A DNA stretch of 64,000 nucleotides, from the NCBI GenBank assembly GCA_976226885.1, contig OZ320320.1, forward strand, positions 25,668,001 to 25,732,000, written 5' to 3'. Below the pieces are notes generated by a model, which was not told the DNA's origin, did no database searches, and saw nothing but the letters and a program-made list of their open reading frames with translations. The position numbers and the translations under genes are program-made. Of this stretch, positions 13,003 through 24,176 are shown piece by piece. The first letter of the stretch is position 1. The number at the start of each line of letters is the position of its first letter. The DNA comes from Iphione sp. A-MEVVRFRX5 (lineage: Eukaryota).

Positions 13003-13882
13003 TAACACCGAAACTTTATAGAACCAGTAGCAGACACTAGGTGTCTACCTGAGATACGGTCAATGGGGCGCCACTGCTGACAGCATATTCCATTGCCAGT
13101 TTTAGTTCCGTTTTCGCTGGGAACAGACGTATCCATCGAAATTCTACTTTTCATCTATTTTCATTGGATTTTCGCTGTATTTTGCAGATTGATTTCCTTT
13201 TATTTCTGAAGTTGATATATACTGTAAGTGCACGAGTCCAGCTTGTTGTGCGGTGAGGGGACAGTTATAATTTAACATATCCATATAATGTATTAATCCA
13301 TAGGAGTATACACTTTATAGTATTGATAGGAAGTATATACCACATATATCTCATCACAATTTTTTCAAATGTAGTCTTGACATCCACCGTACAAAAAGCT
13401 GAGCTTGAAATTATGGGGTAGGAAAGGGGAGAGGGGTGACCTTAACCAAAATCACTTTTCATGCTGTGACTTTAGTCCTCACTCCAAGAATAATTAGGAT
13501 GTCATCAACCAATTATCCATTAACGTTGGCGACATTAACCAAGGTCTCCACTGATACAAACCACTGTCTTAGAAGGGATGACCGCGACCTGGGTGACTCC
13601 TCAGTCTGCCAATTCTGTCCTGCTTTCAAGAGTAATTAAGATGTCATTAGCCACTTATAAATGAGCATAAGCGACCTTAACTATCTCCAAAAACTGCTGT
13701 CTCTCCAAAAACTGCTGTATCTGAATGTCTTAATTGCTGGATTACTGTCCTGTTTTCAGTTATCAAGTTATTCATAATCCCCCAACCTTTGTACCCCATA
13801 TACAACGTTTACATCAAAATTAATGTCTTATAGTTCATGACCCCATTAACTCAGTTGTGCCCAGTGTCCAAAATTGTATTAG

Positions 13883-14435
13883 GGCCCGCTTTCTATGTGT
13901 ATGTAGCAGTGCGAGAGGGTCTGGAAATTCTGCTGATTTTGTGTATGAGTATGGAGAGCTACTTCCCGTGTGTACAGGTCAGGAACCCTAAGAAATGAGG
14001 AGAGGGTCAGTGTGTATGTGTGTGTATGTGTCTGTTGAGGTTGAAGCATATCAGTGGAAATTGTGTGGTTTTTCATCGATACTGAAGCATATCAGTGGAA
14101 CTTGTGCAGCTTTTCACGGAGGTTGAAGCATAACTGCATGTCAAAATGTGTATATTTTTATGCAAATCATATGCAAATTAACAAATGATTCAACATCAAC
14201 TAACATATTAGACAGCATTCCTCCTTCATCCATTTCCCTGTCCTACCGGTCCATGGTGACCTCCGGAGTCCAGGGTCCAGAAATTTATGGATAGTGTTCA
14301 TTTTCAATCTCCATGCCCCCCGAACACAGAGCACATAGTACATGGAATGGGGCCTCATACTTTGTGGTCTGTTTGTTTTTCCCCATCTACACAAATGAAT
14401 CTTGAGAAAAAGTCCATACACATATAATGCGGGCC
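13883..14435. mobile_element. Degenerate Harbinger-type MITE carrying the GTGGAAATTG minisatellite and tandem ATGCAAAT octamers
   Basis: Left GGCCCGCTTTCTATG and right revcomp GGCCCGCATTATATG. Flanks are TAG and TAA (one mismatch). Confidence 0.5.
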
Positions 14436-14438
14436 TAA

Positions 14439-15756
14439 GGCTGGGTTTCCATGTGTAGGTTTTTTCTCTCTTTACAGGATGGTCTGAGAAATTGGGTCGG
14501 TTTTCTTGGTTCTGGACACTCATAGAGAGGGGTATTCCATGTACAGTAGAGTCTCTATTTACGACCATATCATTTTGCGACTATTCTCTATTTCAGACCA
14601 GCTGAGATGGGTACCAAAATGTTGATTTCTATACATTTGATTCTCTATTTACAACCAAATTCACTAATAAGACCATTTGAGCTTGGTCCCAATGGGTGAC
14701 CGTAAATAGGGACTCCACTGTATGTGGTTCAGAATGGTCTCTTGTCTTGTGTATGTGTGTGTGGAAATTGGAACACATCTTGTGGAAATCGTCTTTTTTT
14801 GTGAAAATTGAAGCATATACGTAGAATTTGTGTGCGTTTTGTGGAAACTGAAGCATATAAATAGAAATTGTGTCGATACTTGTGGAAATTGAAGCATATC
14901 TGGGGAGTGGTTTTGTGGAAATTAAAGCATATCAGTGGAAATAGTGTAGATATTAGTGGAAATTGTAGTATATTGATGGAAAATGTGTTTTTATGCAATT
15001 ATATGCAAATTGGGTGATTTTGTACATCATCTAACAGCAATTACCAAAGTACAGGGTTCGGGCCTAATGGCATATATATATATATGTACGAGTCTCCTAT
15101 GCTCGTATACCTTGGGTACTACCATACAGGGACATCCAGTATTATCTGCAGAAGGGTGCGGAAGGTGTTCAGGTGCATGGCTATGCAGAATTATCTTTCT
15201 GAATGGAGAGAGAGAGTGTGAGTGAGTGCTGATCAGAATGAATTCTGCCCAAATCTGTGTAAATGGTGAGTTTTTTGTGCTGATCACAAACAAAATTTTT
15301 CATGCAGTACTTTTACATTACTCTGCAAAATGGCCTTACTTATATTTCGTATATCTGTTCACTATACATACATTGTATTTATTCCGCTTGTCCTAAAGAC
15401 TTGACATAGTTTATGTCTTTTATTACATGACATCATGTTACAGTTCTTTTAATACAATGTCAGATCCCCTTTTGGTTCCATTTATTGTACAAGAAAAGTA
15501 GAGTCGTCTTGATACAACATCATCATCATATTCGTTACTGTGTTACAATGCAAATTATATACAAATTAGATAATATTTTATCAAATCTATCATGTGATAG
15601 ACAGTGTCTATCTGGCTGAAAACCCTCATTTCTCCATACTACTGTGCGTATAGCATCAGTGTGTGGAAAATTATCGATCATGCACTGAAAACGGTCTACG
15701 CATACTGTATGCACAGTCATACACACACACTGATATGCACATATGGAAACTGGGCC
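14439..15756. mobile_element. Possible Harbinger-type element, starting at the TAA that ends the previous element and containing a nested mariner-type MITE
   Basis: Left TAA|GGCTGGGTTTCCATGTG, right CATATGGAAACTGGGCC|TTA. The pairing of these two ends is inferred. Confidence 0.4.
14544..14720. mobile_element. Short Tc1/mariner-type MITE (177 bp), same TIR family as 17216-18002
   Basis: TA|CAGTAGAGTCTCTATTTACG ... CGTAAATAGGGACTCCACTG|TA; TIRs 18/20 identical, TA on both sides. Confidence 0.8.
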
Positions 15757-16064
15757 TTAGTGATATTTGATGTTAAGTACAGCTTCCTGGTAGTACGGAG
15801 AGTTGCTTCTGTGAAGAATGTCAGGCGGCATTTAAAGATGTGGCTCGAGATGTATTGCTATTGGTGGCTGTGTCATTTCCTGGTTTTGTTGAGAGTGTTG
15901 AGGACAAACACCTTTTGTTGGCATGACAGAAAAAGTACTTACATAGAGGTCAGGTAACAGTACCAATTTGATTCTGAAGGAGCATGATTTCAAAAGTAAT
16001 ACATGCATTCCTTTTAAACATAGCATACATACATCAATCTGCAAAATTTTTCCGTCAATATATA

Positions 16065-16470
16065 AAGTGGAATCTCTATTACTGACCCTATCAATTACCA
16101 ATCAAATTGACTATTGCAACCATTTGAGCTGGGAACCGAAATTTTGTCTATACATAACCTATATGATTGATTATTGATTACTGACTAATTATTTGTGACC
16201 ATTTTCACCCTACGACCAATCGATAAAAGATCTTTATAGATGTTTAATTTACTATCTATTTCCAATCTCTGAAGTCGCTCACACCCTGGAGGGGCTGGTA
16301 AGGAGAGGCCAGCGATGTCAACGGCAACCTCTCTAATGTCCCTTACACCCTGGAGAGGTTGGTGGCAGAGCCTGGGGGCATCAACGGCGACCTCTCTGAT
16401 GTACCTCACACCCCTCTTAATGATTGAAAGAGTGGCCGGGAGAGTCAATGGGAACCTCTCTGATGTACCT
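16065..16470 (+). mobile_element. Partial, diverged copy of the CAGTGGAGTCTCTATT MITE, inverted relative to the right part of 17216-18002
   Basis: 16065-16260 aligns with the reverse complement of ~17800-18002 (e.g. aaccatttgagctg, catacataacctatatgattga). It is followed by three ~63-bp internal repeats (cacaccctgg...acctctctgatgt). Confidence 0.65.
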
Positions 16471-16483
16471 CACACACTGAAGC

Positions 16484-18470
16484 AGCAGCTCAGGAGAGTA
16501 CAGTACCTCTTGTTTCATGCCAAAACTGGCAGATGATCTGAAACCGCTTCATCAACTGATACGTGATGATGTGCCATGGAACTGGTCTATAGAATGTGAT
16601 AATGCTGTATAAACTATAAAGAAGAAAGTGACAGAAACACCTGTATTGACTTTCTATGATCCACAAACAGAGCTTATGATCCAAGTAGATAGTTCTAAAG
16701 ATGGACTTGGTGTTGCTTTACTTCAAAATGGCAAGCCTACTGAATCTGCATCAAGGACTCACAAGAAAAGGAATGTCTGGCAGTTGTATTTGGTTTAAAG
16801 CATTTTTATCAATACACATATGGATGTTAGGTGATCACACAGAATGATAACAAACCGTTGGCCTCTTTCTTGCAGAAACCCCTAAGTCAGTCTCTTAAGC
16901 AACTATAGGTGATAATACTACAAATTCCTTGATATGACATTTGGTTGCAGTACCTAAAAGGTCAATACCTCATACTGGCTGATACCCTAAATCATGCTGT
17001 TTTGGAAACTAAGATGACTAAACAGAAAGAAATCTATGCTGTGAGGTAATTCAAATAAATGAATGTGTCTGATGCAAGGTTAAGAAAGATTCGTTAAGCA
17101 ATTCTTCATGATGACACCATGCAGACACTACTCAGAACCATAAGGGAAGGATGGCCAGACAGTATTAACGAAGTTGACAGCCAGATCAGAGCTTACTATT
17201 ACGTACTTCCAAGTACAGTGGAGTCTCTATTTCCAACCAGTGGTCGGGTCCGAGTTCAAATGTTTGGACTAGCAAGTTTGGTCAGAAATTGATTGAGTAG
17301 GGGGTCAGGGATACTCCAAGGTGTGAGAGAGAGACAGAGATAGAGAGGAGAAAGAGAGAGAGAGAGAGAGAGGAGAGAGAGACTTATGTTTTACATGGAG
17401 GTTGAGCCATATCGGTAGAAATTGTGTGGTTTATTCATGGAGGTTGAGGAATATTGGGAGAAATGGTGCAGTTTATTCATGGAGGTTGAGGCATATCAGT
17501 GAAAATTATGTGGTTTTTCATGGAGGCAGAGGCATATCGGTAAAAATTGTATGTTTTTTATGCAAATAATAAGCAAATTAGAAAAAATTTCATATCATCT
17601 ATCACATGATGTACAGTGTCTAGCCACCTAAAAACCCTTCTCTGACATCAGAGAGGTCGCTGTTGACACCCCCAGCATCTCCTGACCACTGTTTCAATCC
17701 TTATCCCAGGTGTGAGTGACATCAGAGATGTTAGGCTTGACACCCCTGGCCTGTCCCATCCACTGTTTCAACCATCATCCCAGGTGTAAGGTACAAATTA
17801 GTCACAAATCAATAGTAAAATGTACTATTATTGACCCTTTATCAATTGGTAACAGGCTGAGAATGGTTGGAAATCAATTTGGTCGGTAATCGATAGTCAA
17901 TCATATAGGTTATGTATGGAGAAAATTTTGGATCACAGCTCAAATGGTTAGTATAGCCAATTTGGTTGCAAATTACTGAGGTCAGAAATAGAGACTCCAC
18001 TGTACTGATTTTAAAAGGCAAAAGACTAGTTATACCTCATGCTATAAGACCCCTAGTCAAGGAAAAACTTATGCTGTTCATCTAGGAAGAGACAGTATGT
18101 TAAGATGGGCTAGAGAGCTAATTTACTGGCCTTACATGAACAAGGAAATTGAACAGATTGCTGACACTTGTCCAACCTGTTTAGAGTTCAAACCTCGCAA
18201 CCAGAAAAGACACTGAAACAGCATGGTCTCTCAAATGAAGCTTGTTTGAAAGTTGGTGTCGACTTATTCACCATCTCTAACAAAGACTACCAATAACTGT
18301 GGACAACTACAGTGGTTTGGGGGAAACTGATTACTTGTCAACTCCTTCAAGCAAAGCAGTTATCATGAAGTTGAAGGCACACTTTGCAAGATAATGGAGC
18401 TCAGGTATGGTATTCCCAAGGTGATCATGTCTGCTAATGGACCACAATTTGCTTCAGCTGAGTTTGTCAC
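16484..18470 (+). pseudogene. Decayed Gypsy/Ty3 LTR-retrotransposon pol (RT connection, RNase H, integrase), interrupted by a MITE at 17216-18002
   Basis: Manual translation with stops and frameshifts: FMPKLADDLKPLHQL, TPVLTFYDP..IQVDSSKDGLGVALLQNGKP, EKECLAVVFGLKHFYQYTYG, YLKGQYLILADTL, REGWP. After the insertion: LILKGKRLVIP, HLGRDSM..IYWPYM..C..C (H2C2), VGVDLF, YGIPKVIMSANGPQF (catalytic D of SDNGPQF replaced by A). Confidence 0.88.
17216..18002. mobile_element. Tc1/mariner-type MITE (787 bp) inserted into the Gypsy pol
   Basis: Perfect 18-bp TIR CAGTGGAGTCTCTATTTC / GAAATAGAGACTCCACTG with TA at 17214-17215 and 18003-18004. Contains a (GA)n tract (~17325-17382) and the GTGGAAATTG-type minisatellite. 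Confidence 0.88.
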
Positions 18471-19682
18471 CATCCTCGTGCTGTCTAGTTGTGGTTCCTC
18501 TGTCCCTTCCAGTCACTGCCATTTCCAACCTTTTCCCTCAAAGTCACTGCCAAATGCCTTGTACACTTATTTTTCACTGCCTATAATGGAGGTCAGTTAA
18601 CCGATGACCCGACAGTGATTTTGGTGTAATCGCTACTGTGTATCCAACCGATGTTTCGGAATGAAGCAGATAGGGAAAACATGACATGCCGAGTTATGAT
18701 TGGCTCTCGTGCACTGTTGTATGAGGGGCGCCCCCCCCCCCCCCGCAACTTGTGATTTTTGGAGCGAGTCCTATGAGCCAAAACATTGGGATATAATGTT
18801 TAATTCACGATGTAACCGGTACTGTGCAGTTCTATTTTCTAAATGCATGAAGTTATTGTTAACCTTTCTCTTTGTTCACATGTATTTATACAGGACATAG
18901 CTTCAAGAATTTATTTCCTCGAAATTCGCCCCTTTTTTAGACCAGCTTCCCATTGTATCAGTGTAGCCATACGAAATTAATTTAGTTAATACGCAACAGA
19001 GGTTGGTCTATTAAAGTAAGAGTCGGTCATGTTATAACACTAGGGAACGAAACAGGGTCGGCAGTGAAGGGATTATTTTTATAACTATTCAAACATGAAA
19101 CAGTCATCGAAGGAACCGGTCGCAGGAATGTATCCTCAGGGAACCAATTGATTTTTTTTTTTTGAACTCGGCGTCAGCCAATTTATTTAAAGAATGTTGC
19201 AGCAGTATACATGACAATGACGCTTTTGTTTTTTTTATAATGAAAGAAAAAAGAAAAATAATCCTTAATGCTAACAGGGAACCAATTGGACCAAAAGTTC
19301 TAGTCATACATTGGTTTGGACGAGTGCTGATAGCTAACATGGTGAAGGGAAAAGTTTCAAAACAACACACCAGAGCGTGTATTCAAGAGTAGAGTGGACT
19401 CCCTCTGGGGCAACCACGGAAAGGATTTGAAGGACTATAAACATGTATACATGTATATGGTCCTCCCCACTAACTTTTTTTTGGCGGGGGGGGGGGAGAG
19501 ATCGGCGGTTGGCAAGAGCACTAAAGTGCCAGGAGGGTTTCTGGAGTGACAGTACAATGCCGGGAGGCGGCCATTTGGTCTTCTCTGCGTTTTTTTCTAC
19601 AGGGACTTATGGGTTTCCTTTCGCTTGTTCTTTAGGTGGTCTGGACTCACGTGTGATATGGTTTACAATCATGTATAAAATG

Positions 19683-19877
19683 CAGGCCCGTAGCCAAGGG
19701 GATATCGCCCGATACCCCCCAAAGGAACCAGGAGTTCCACCTCTCTAGGCCTATAGCCAAGGCCTCTCTCTAACCAGGAGTTCCACCTCTCTAGCTAAGA
19801 GTTCCACCTCTCTAGCTAAGAGTTCCACCTCTCTAATTTTCGATACCCCCCCAGAAGAGTTCCTGGCTACGGGCCTG
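19683..19877. mobile_element. Unclassified 195-bp TIR element with 5-bp flanking direct repeat
   Basis: Perfect 14-bp TIR CAGGCCCGTAGCCA / TGGCTACGGGCCTG. AAATG on both flanks (19678-19682, 19878-19882). Four internal copies of gagttccacctctcta. Confidence 0.75.
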
Positions 19878-19974
19878 AAATGTACTGGGAACTATTTGTT
19901 TCTATGAGAAAAATAGTCTGACCAAGTTCTGGTCTCCCCTGGGGTCTGGTCATTCACTGTGAGTCTACTGTATG

Positions 19975-20988
19975 TTTTTTTTTAAACAGGTATTTTACCT
20001 GGCGTTTATTGATGTCAGGACATAGCTACATCGAGTTTGTCATATAGTAGTTGTACTATGTACATGTGGTCGATATGTACAATATATACAATATTTAAAT
20101 ACATACATGAATGGATGCGGTCGATGAATATAAGTAACTAATATAGAGCAAATGTTTATTTGGTACAGGACTTCTTGTTATTATTCTATGAAACAGACGA
20201 TGTATGCTCTTAATGTACCTTCAAGTTCTCCTTCGAGAGCTTGTTCATCAGATGTTTCTTCAGAAGTTGTTTGAATTTCGATTTAGGGATGTTGTCTTTG
20301 AGATCATTTGGTAAGTTATTCCACTCGAACAGCGTTTGATGAATTGGACAAAGGGAGTATAGGGCAGTGTTTGGTCTTTTTGTGGGTAGTAAGGTGTTGC
20401 GTAGTCTATTATTTTGTTTTTGATTATTATAAGTCTTTAGTAGAGAATGGTAATGTAGCGATAGTGTGTAGTAAGTATTTCTGTGTTTGAAGGGCAGGAT
20501 GTTATTTCTATTCATGAAGGCTTCTAGATTATTGCCTGTGCACCTGTTCATTTTTACCGCTCTTAGCAATTGTTTTTCAAGCTTTACAAATAGAGAATGT
20601 CCGAAGAATTTGATAGAGCTTATGCCATATTCCAGGTTTGGAATAACAATTGATTTTAGAACTGTTAGGCTTGCCCTTAAATCTCCCAGGCTTGAGACAT
20701 GTCTAACCAAGTGCAGTAGCTTGTATGATCTTTTAAGTTTATGTTTTAGCTCAAGCGACATATTTAATCTAGGGTCTAATACGAAGCCTAGGTATTTGTA
20801 ACTCCCAACTTGTTTCAATTCAAACGTTCCAATTTTGATGCCTAGTGCTTTATCTTTGTATTTACTCCTTGGGCCTGTGAATAACATCGTCTCTGTTTTG
20901 CTATAGTTGATCGAGACACCATTAGCTGAACACCAGGCATTCAGTCTGTTGATATTGTTATTTAGTCCAGCAGTGACTTACTTTGTTG
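19975..20988 (-). mobile_element. 5'-truncated non-LTR retrotransposon (CR1/L2-group-like) 3' end
   Basis: Open frame ~20977->20210 reads NRLNAWCSANGVSINYSKTETMLFTG...SYKYLGFVLDPRLN...SIVIPNLEYG, typical of the RT C-terminal region. 3' UTR has AATAAA (revcomp at 20005-20010) and an A9 tail (19975-19983). Candidate TSD CTGTATGT at 19968-19975 and 20989-20996. Confidence 0.85.
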
Positions 20989-21296
20989 CTGTATGTCTGT
21001 TATCCGAAAGGCTACATTTAAGACTTCTGCGTTGTTTTCCCTGTGTCTGCACTTTTTACTGGTTGCTCCCCTTATTCATAGCGGGGACATGCCATGTGCA
21101 ATACGTATGACAGGGGCAATTTGTGAGTTGCCCATAAAAATCTAAATGTGCAATCCAGTGCAGTTTAACCTAAGTTTTCCATACTCACTCAAGAAATAAA
21201 CACAAAACAAAAGATGTGGATTGGCAAGAAAATTGTTTAATGCCTATCATCATAAGTTCGTGTGAAGAATTGACTCATTAACAGAAGTCACTCTAA

Positions 21297-21600
21297 GGCC
21301 TGATTCCCATCTGCATGTGTTCGCATGGTCCACGCAACACAGATTCGCCTGAAACATTATAAATGGGCTGTGTGCTTCTTTCATTTTAGGACAAGACATG
21401 ACATAAATGTATTTGTGTATGTACGTGCATGCATGTATATGTTCATGGCTTAAAAGGGGTGTATTTGTGCAATTTGTGTATAATTCAAGCTGTTGATGTT
21501 AACAGAGGCACACCCCCACAAAAAAAAACAAAAACAAAAAAACAGCCAGCCAAAAGGGAACACAGTCCATACAAAAGACCACGCACATGGAAACCCGGCC
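21297..21600. mobile_element. Harbinger-type MITE (304 bp), diverged
   Basis: TAA|GGCCTGATTCCCAT ... ATGGAAACCCGGCC|TTA; TIRs 11/14 identical. Confidence 0.55.
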
Positions 21601-22234
21601 TTAGTGTAAATAGGATTGTGACCATTTCTATTCTTCCTGGAGGGAAGTCCGCTGTCTCTTAACAAAGTGATCTTCACATCACGCATAATATGTATTGAAG
21701 TACAAAAAAACAGTTGCGCTCTCACAATCATTCCTTTATAAAAGCATTTTAATTAAACACAGAATTCACTTTCTCCTACAGACTTACAGACATGCACACA
21801 GATCTGATAAACTATCGCTACTAAATACACGGTACCAATATACAAGTCTCTGAGAAAAGAAAAACACTGCGAAAGCAATACTCAACGTCCCCGAGTGCAC
21901 CTTAGCTGTTCAAGTTAACTGCGTATCCACCCGAGATATTCAAAGCTTTCAGTCGAAAAAAAAATTCAATGTCAAAGTAAGCGAGACTGTCGGTCCTGGT
22001 TCGGTCCACGATATTATTTATATTATGGTGTTGGCATAGCCCATTTGAAGCAGTAAGGCGTATGCACCGTTAGTTTGCGTCCCCCAATGCTAAGTTTGAT
22101 GTATAATTATCGGTTTCCCCCTTTCTTTTTAAACCCTGCATCAATCTATGAGTACATCAGGTGAGATAAAAACACGCTACATCCCAGCAGGAAGCGGGAA
22201 AAAAACTGATACATCCCAGCAGGAAGTGCCCGCA

Positions 22235-24138
22235 TCACTTCCGCCTTTTGAGTTCCTCGAATCGCCGCGTAAGATCATCGAAGTCCACCGAGTCGCCACC
22301 AACCGTCTTGCCAGGTGGCGCCGCCGCCGAGTTGCCGGGGACGCTGGGTAAAACGGGCAGGCCGTCCTCCATTACGTCGGGCCTCGGCTGGCCGCCGGCA
22401 GGGGGCGACTGCGGTGTGTTGGGATTGTAGATGGCGGCCGGTGGCGGTGGCCCGGGCATGGCGTTCTGTAAGGAGGAAGAGAAAAGCTTAAACATCAGCA
22501 ATGAAGAAAGGGGGAGGGGGGGGGGGGGGTCAAACAGGCAAGGTCCTCTAGACAATTATTTTCATACTGAGATGCAAAAAGATTTGATACTGCTAGTAAG
22601 GTGCGTAGACTACATGAAAAGGGAGAGCAGATTTCTTTACAGGCTCACAGGATATATTGCACACCCTCTTTTCGTAGACTTGCCCAGAAAGAGGACAGGT
22701 TTAGACATAGAGAGATAACTGATTTGAATACAGTTGCAATTATAACAGGGTGTGTGTGTTTGTATAATTTTTCTTCCGAAGAGCAGGTTTAATGCCAAAC
22801 ATGACAGAAAATGACTGCTGACACGGAGTTATTATCACTATGAAACGGGCAAACATGAAATCAGCAATTAGGCAAGATACATGAGAAACAGAGAGAAATA
22901 CCAATTCACAAATGGCCAAATTGATAGGAAGATTAAGTGAATCTAACCTGTTGATACCCCGGGTGATAACCCTGAAAACAGAGATTATATAGAAAAATAC
23001 AGACAAAGTAACACATTACAAAGGAGCACATAACAACAGTGAGTTTCGGGTACATGTACTGAATTTAACATAAAATAGGCATCGAGAAAAACTAATTCCT
23101 ATTAAAACCACAGAATTAAAATGATTGTATCTATCTCTAAAACTACCGACGAAAAAGAATCCTATGAATTAATCATAAATATGACAGTTGGCAATGTTTA
23201 ATGTATGTTAAGACAAGTGATTAACTTATAGGAATATAGTGAACACACGTTAGTGAACCCTGTAAGGAAAAATATAAATTTGTAAGACTTATCCTCCTAC
23301 TTATAAGTGGTTCAGGAATCTTGACCTAAGTGAAACATTTCCATTAAGCCCACCACCATAATCTATGCAATGGCCACACAGTGCGCTGTGTTCTTATCTG
23401 ATACCCTGCAAATTTCTGGCGCAATTCTGCTCGTTTTTCAACTTTCTTAAGATTTTCTAAACAGACACAGACAATACCGGAAAGATGTCATGGAAGGATA
23501 ACTGTTGGGACACAATTCAATTACCAAATAACAGCTTTCAGTCATTATTTTCAGGTAGCTAATGAAGGAATCAGCAGGAAGGGAAGGCCTCTATATTTAT
23601 TAATTATACAAATCCGTTAGATCTAATGAGCTGAGCTTACCGGATGGGCTAGTATATTGCATAGGGTATATCGCTCTGCTAGCTTGAGGTCAAGAGAAAG
23701 ATGTTCTCATTTGCAAGCAGATATCTTTGGAATACAAACCATAACTCAGTGTTGTATGCATGACATTTGTGGCAAGCGAATATTTTAAAAAAAGGAAATG
23801 GGATTGACCTACAGCATCACCGAACGGGGTTTTGTAGGTGGCGGAGAGAGGGCGCGAATTATGACTATAATCTGGGGCACACTTAAACAATGCTGTAATG
23901 TCTCGAACATTCTGAGGCTAACGTGTAACGTTTGGTTGTAAAATTAGTTGCCTTTGTAGTGCACTATCATCAATGAAAAATGTAGCTACAGATTCTCCAA
24001 TGTTAACTGTGAGGTCTTTGCGGCATGAAAACGGAGAATGTCACATTACAAACGCCAAGAGGGCGGTCGAAATACGCCACGATGCATCACGGATTTGTTA
24101 TTGTTAGGACATCTTATACTAATGGGTTACGATGTGTA

Positions 24139-24176
<38 letters not shown>

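Noticed and set aside
16280-19835. CRISPR-like arrays (63-bp repeats at 16280-16470; gagttccacctctcta array at 19730-19835)
   Set aside because: Eukaryotic context, no constant repeat with unique spacers, no cas genes; both lie inside TIR elements.
19390-19972. Tigger/pogo-like element (TAGAGTGGACTC ... GAGTCTACTGTA)
   Set aside because: Only 10/12 terminal bases match and similarity does not extend inward.
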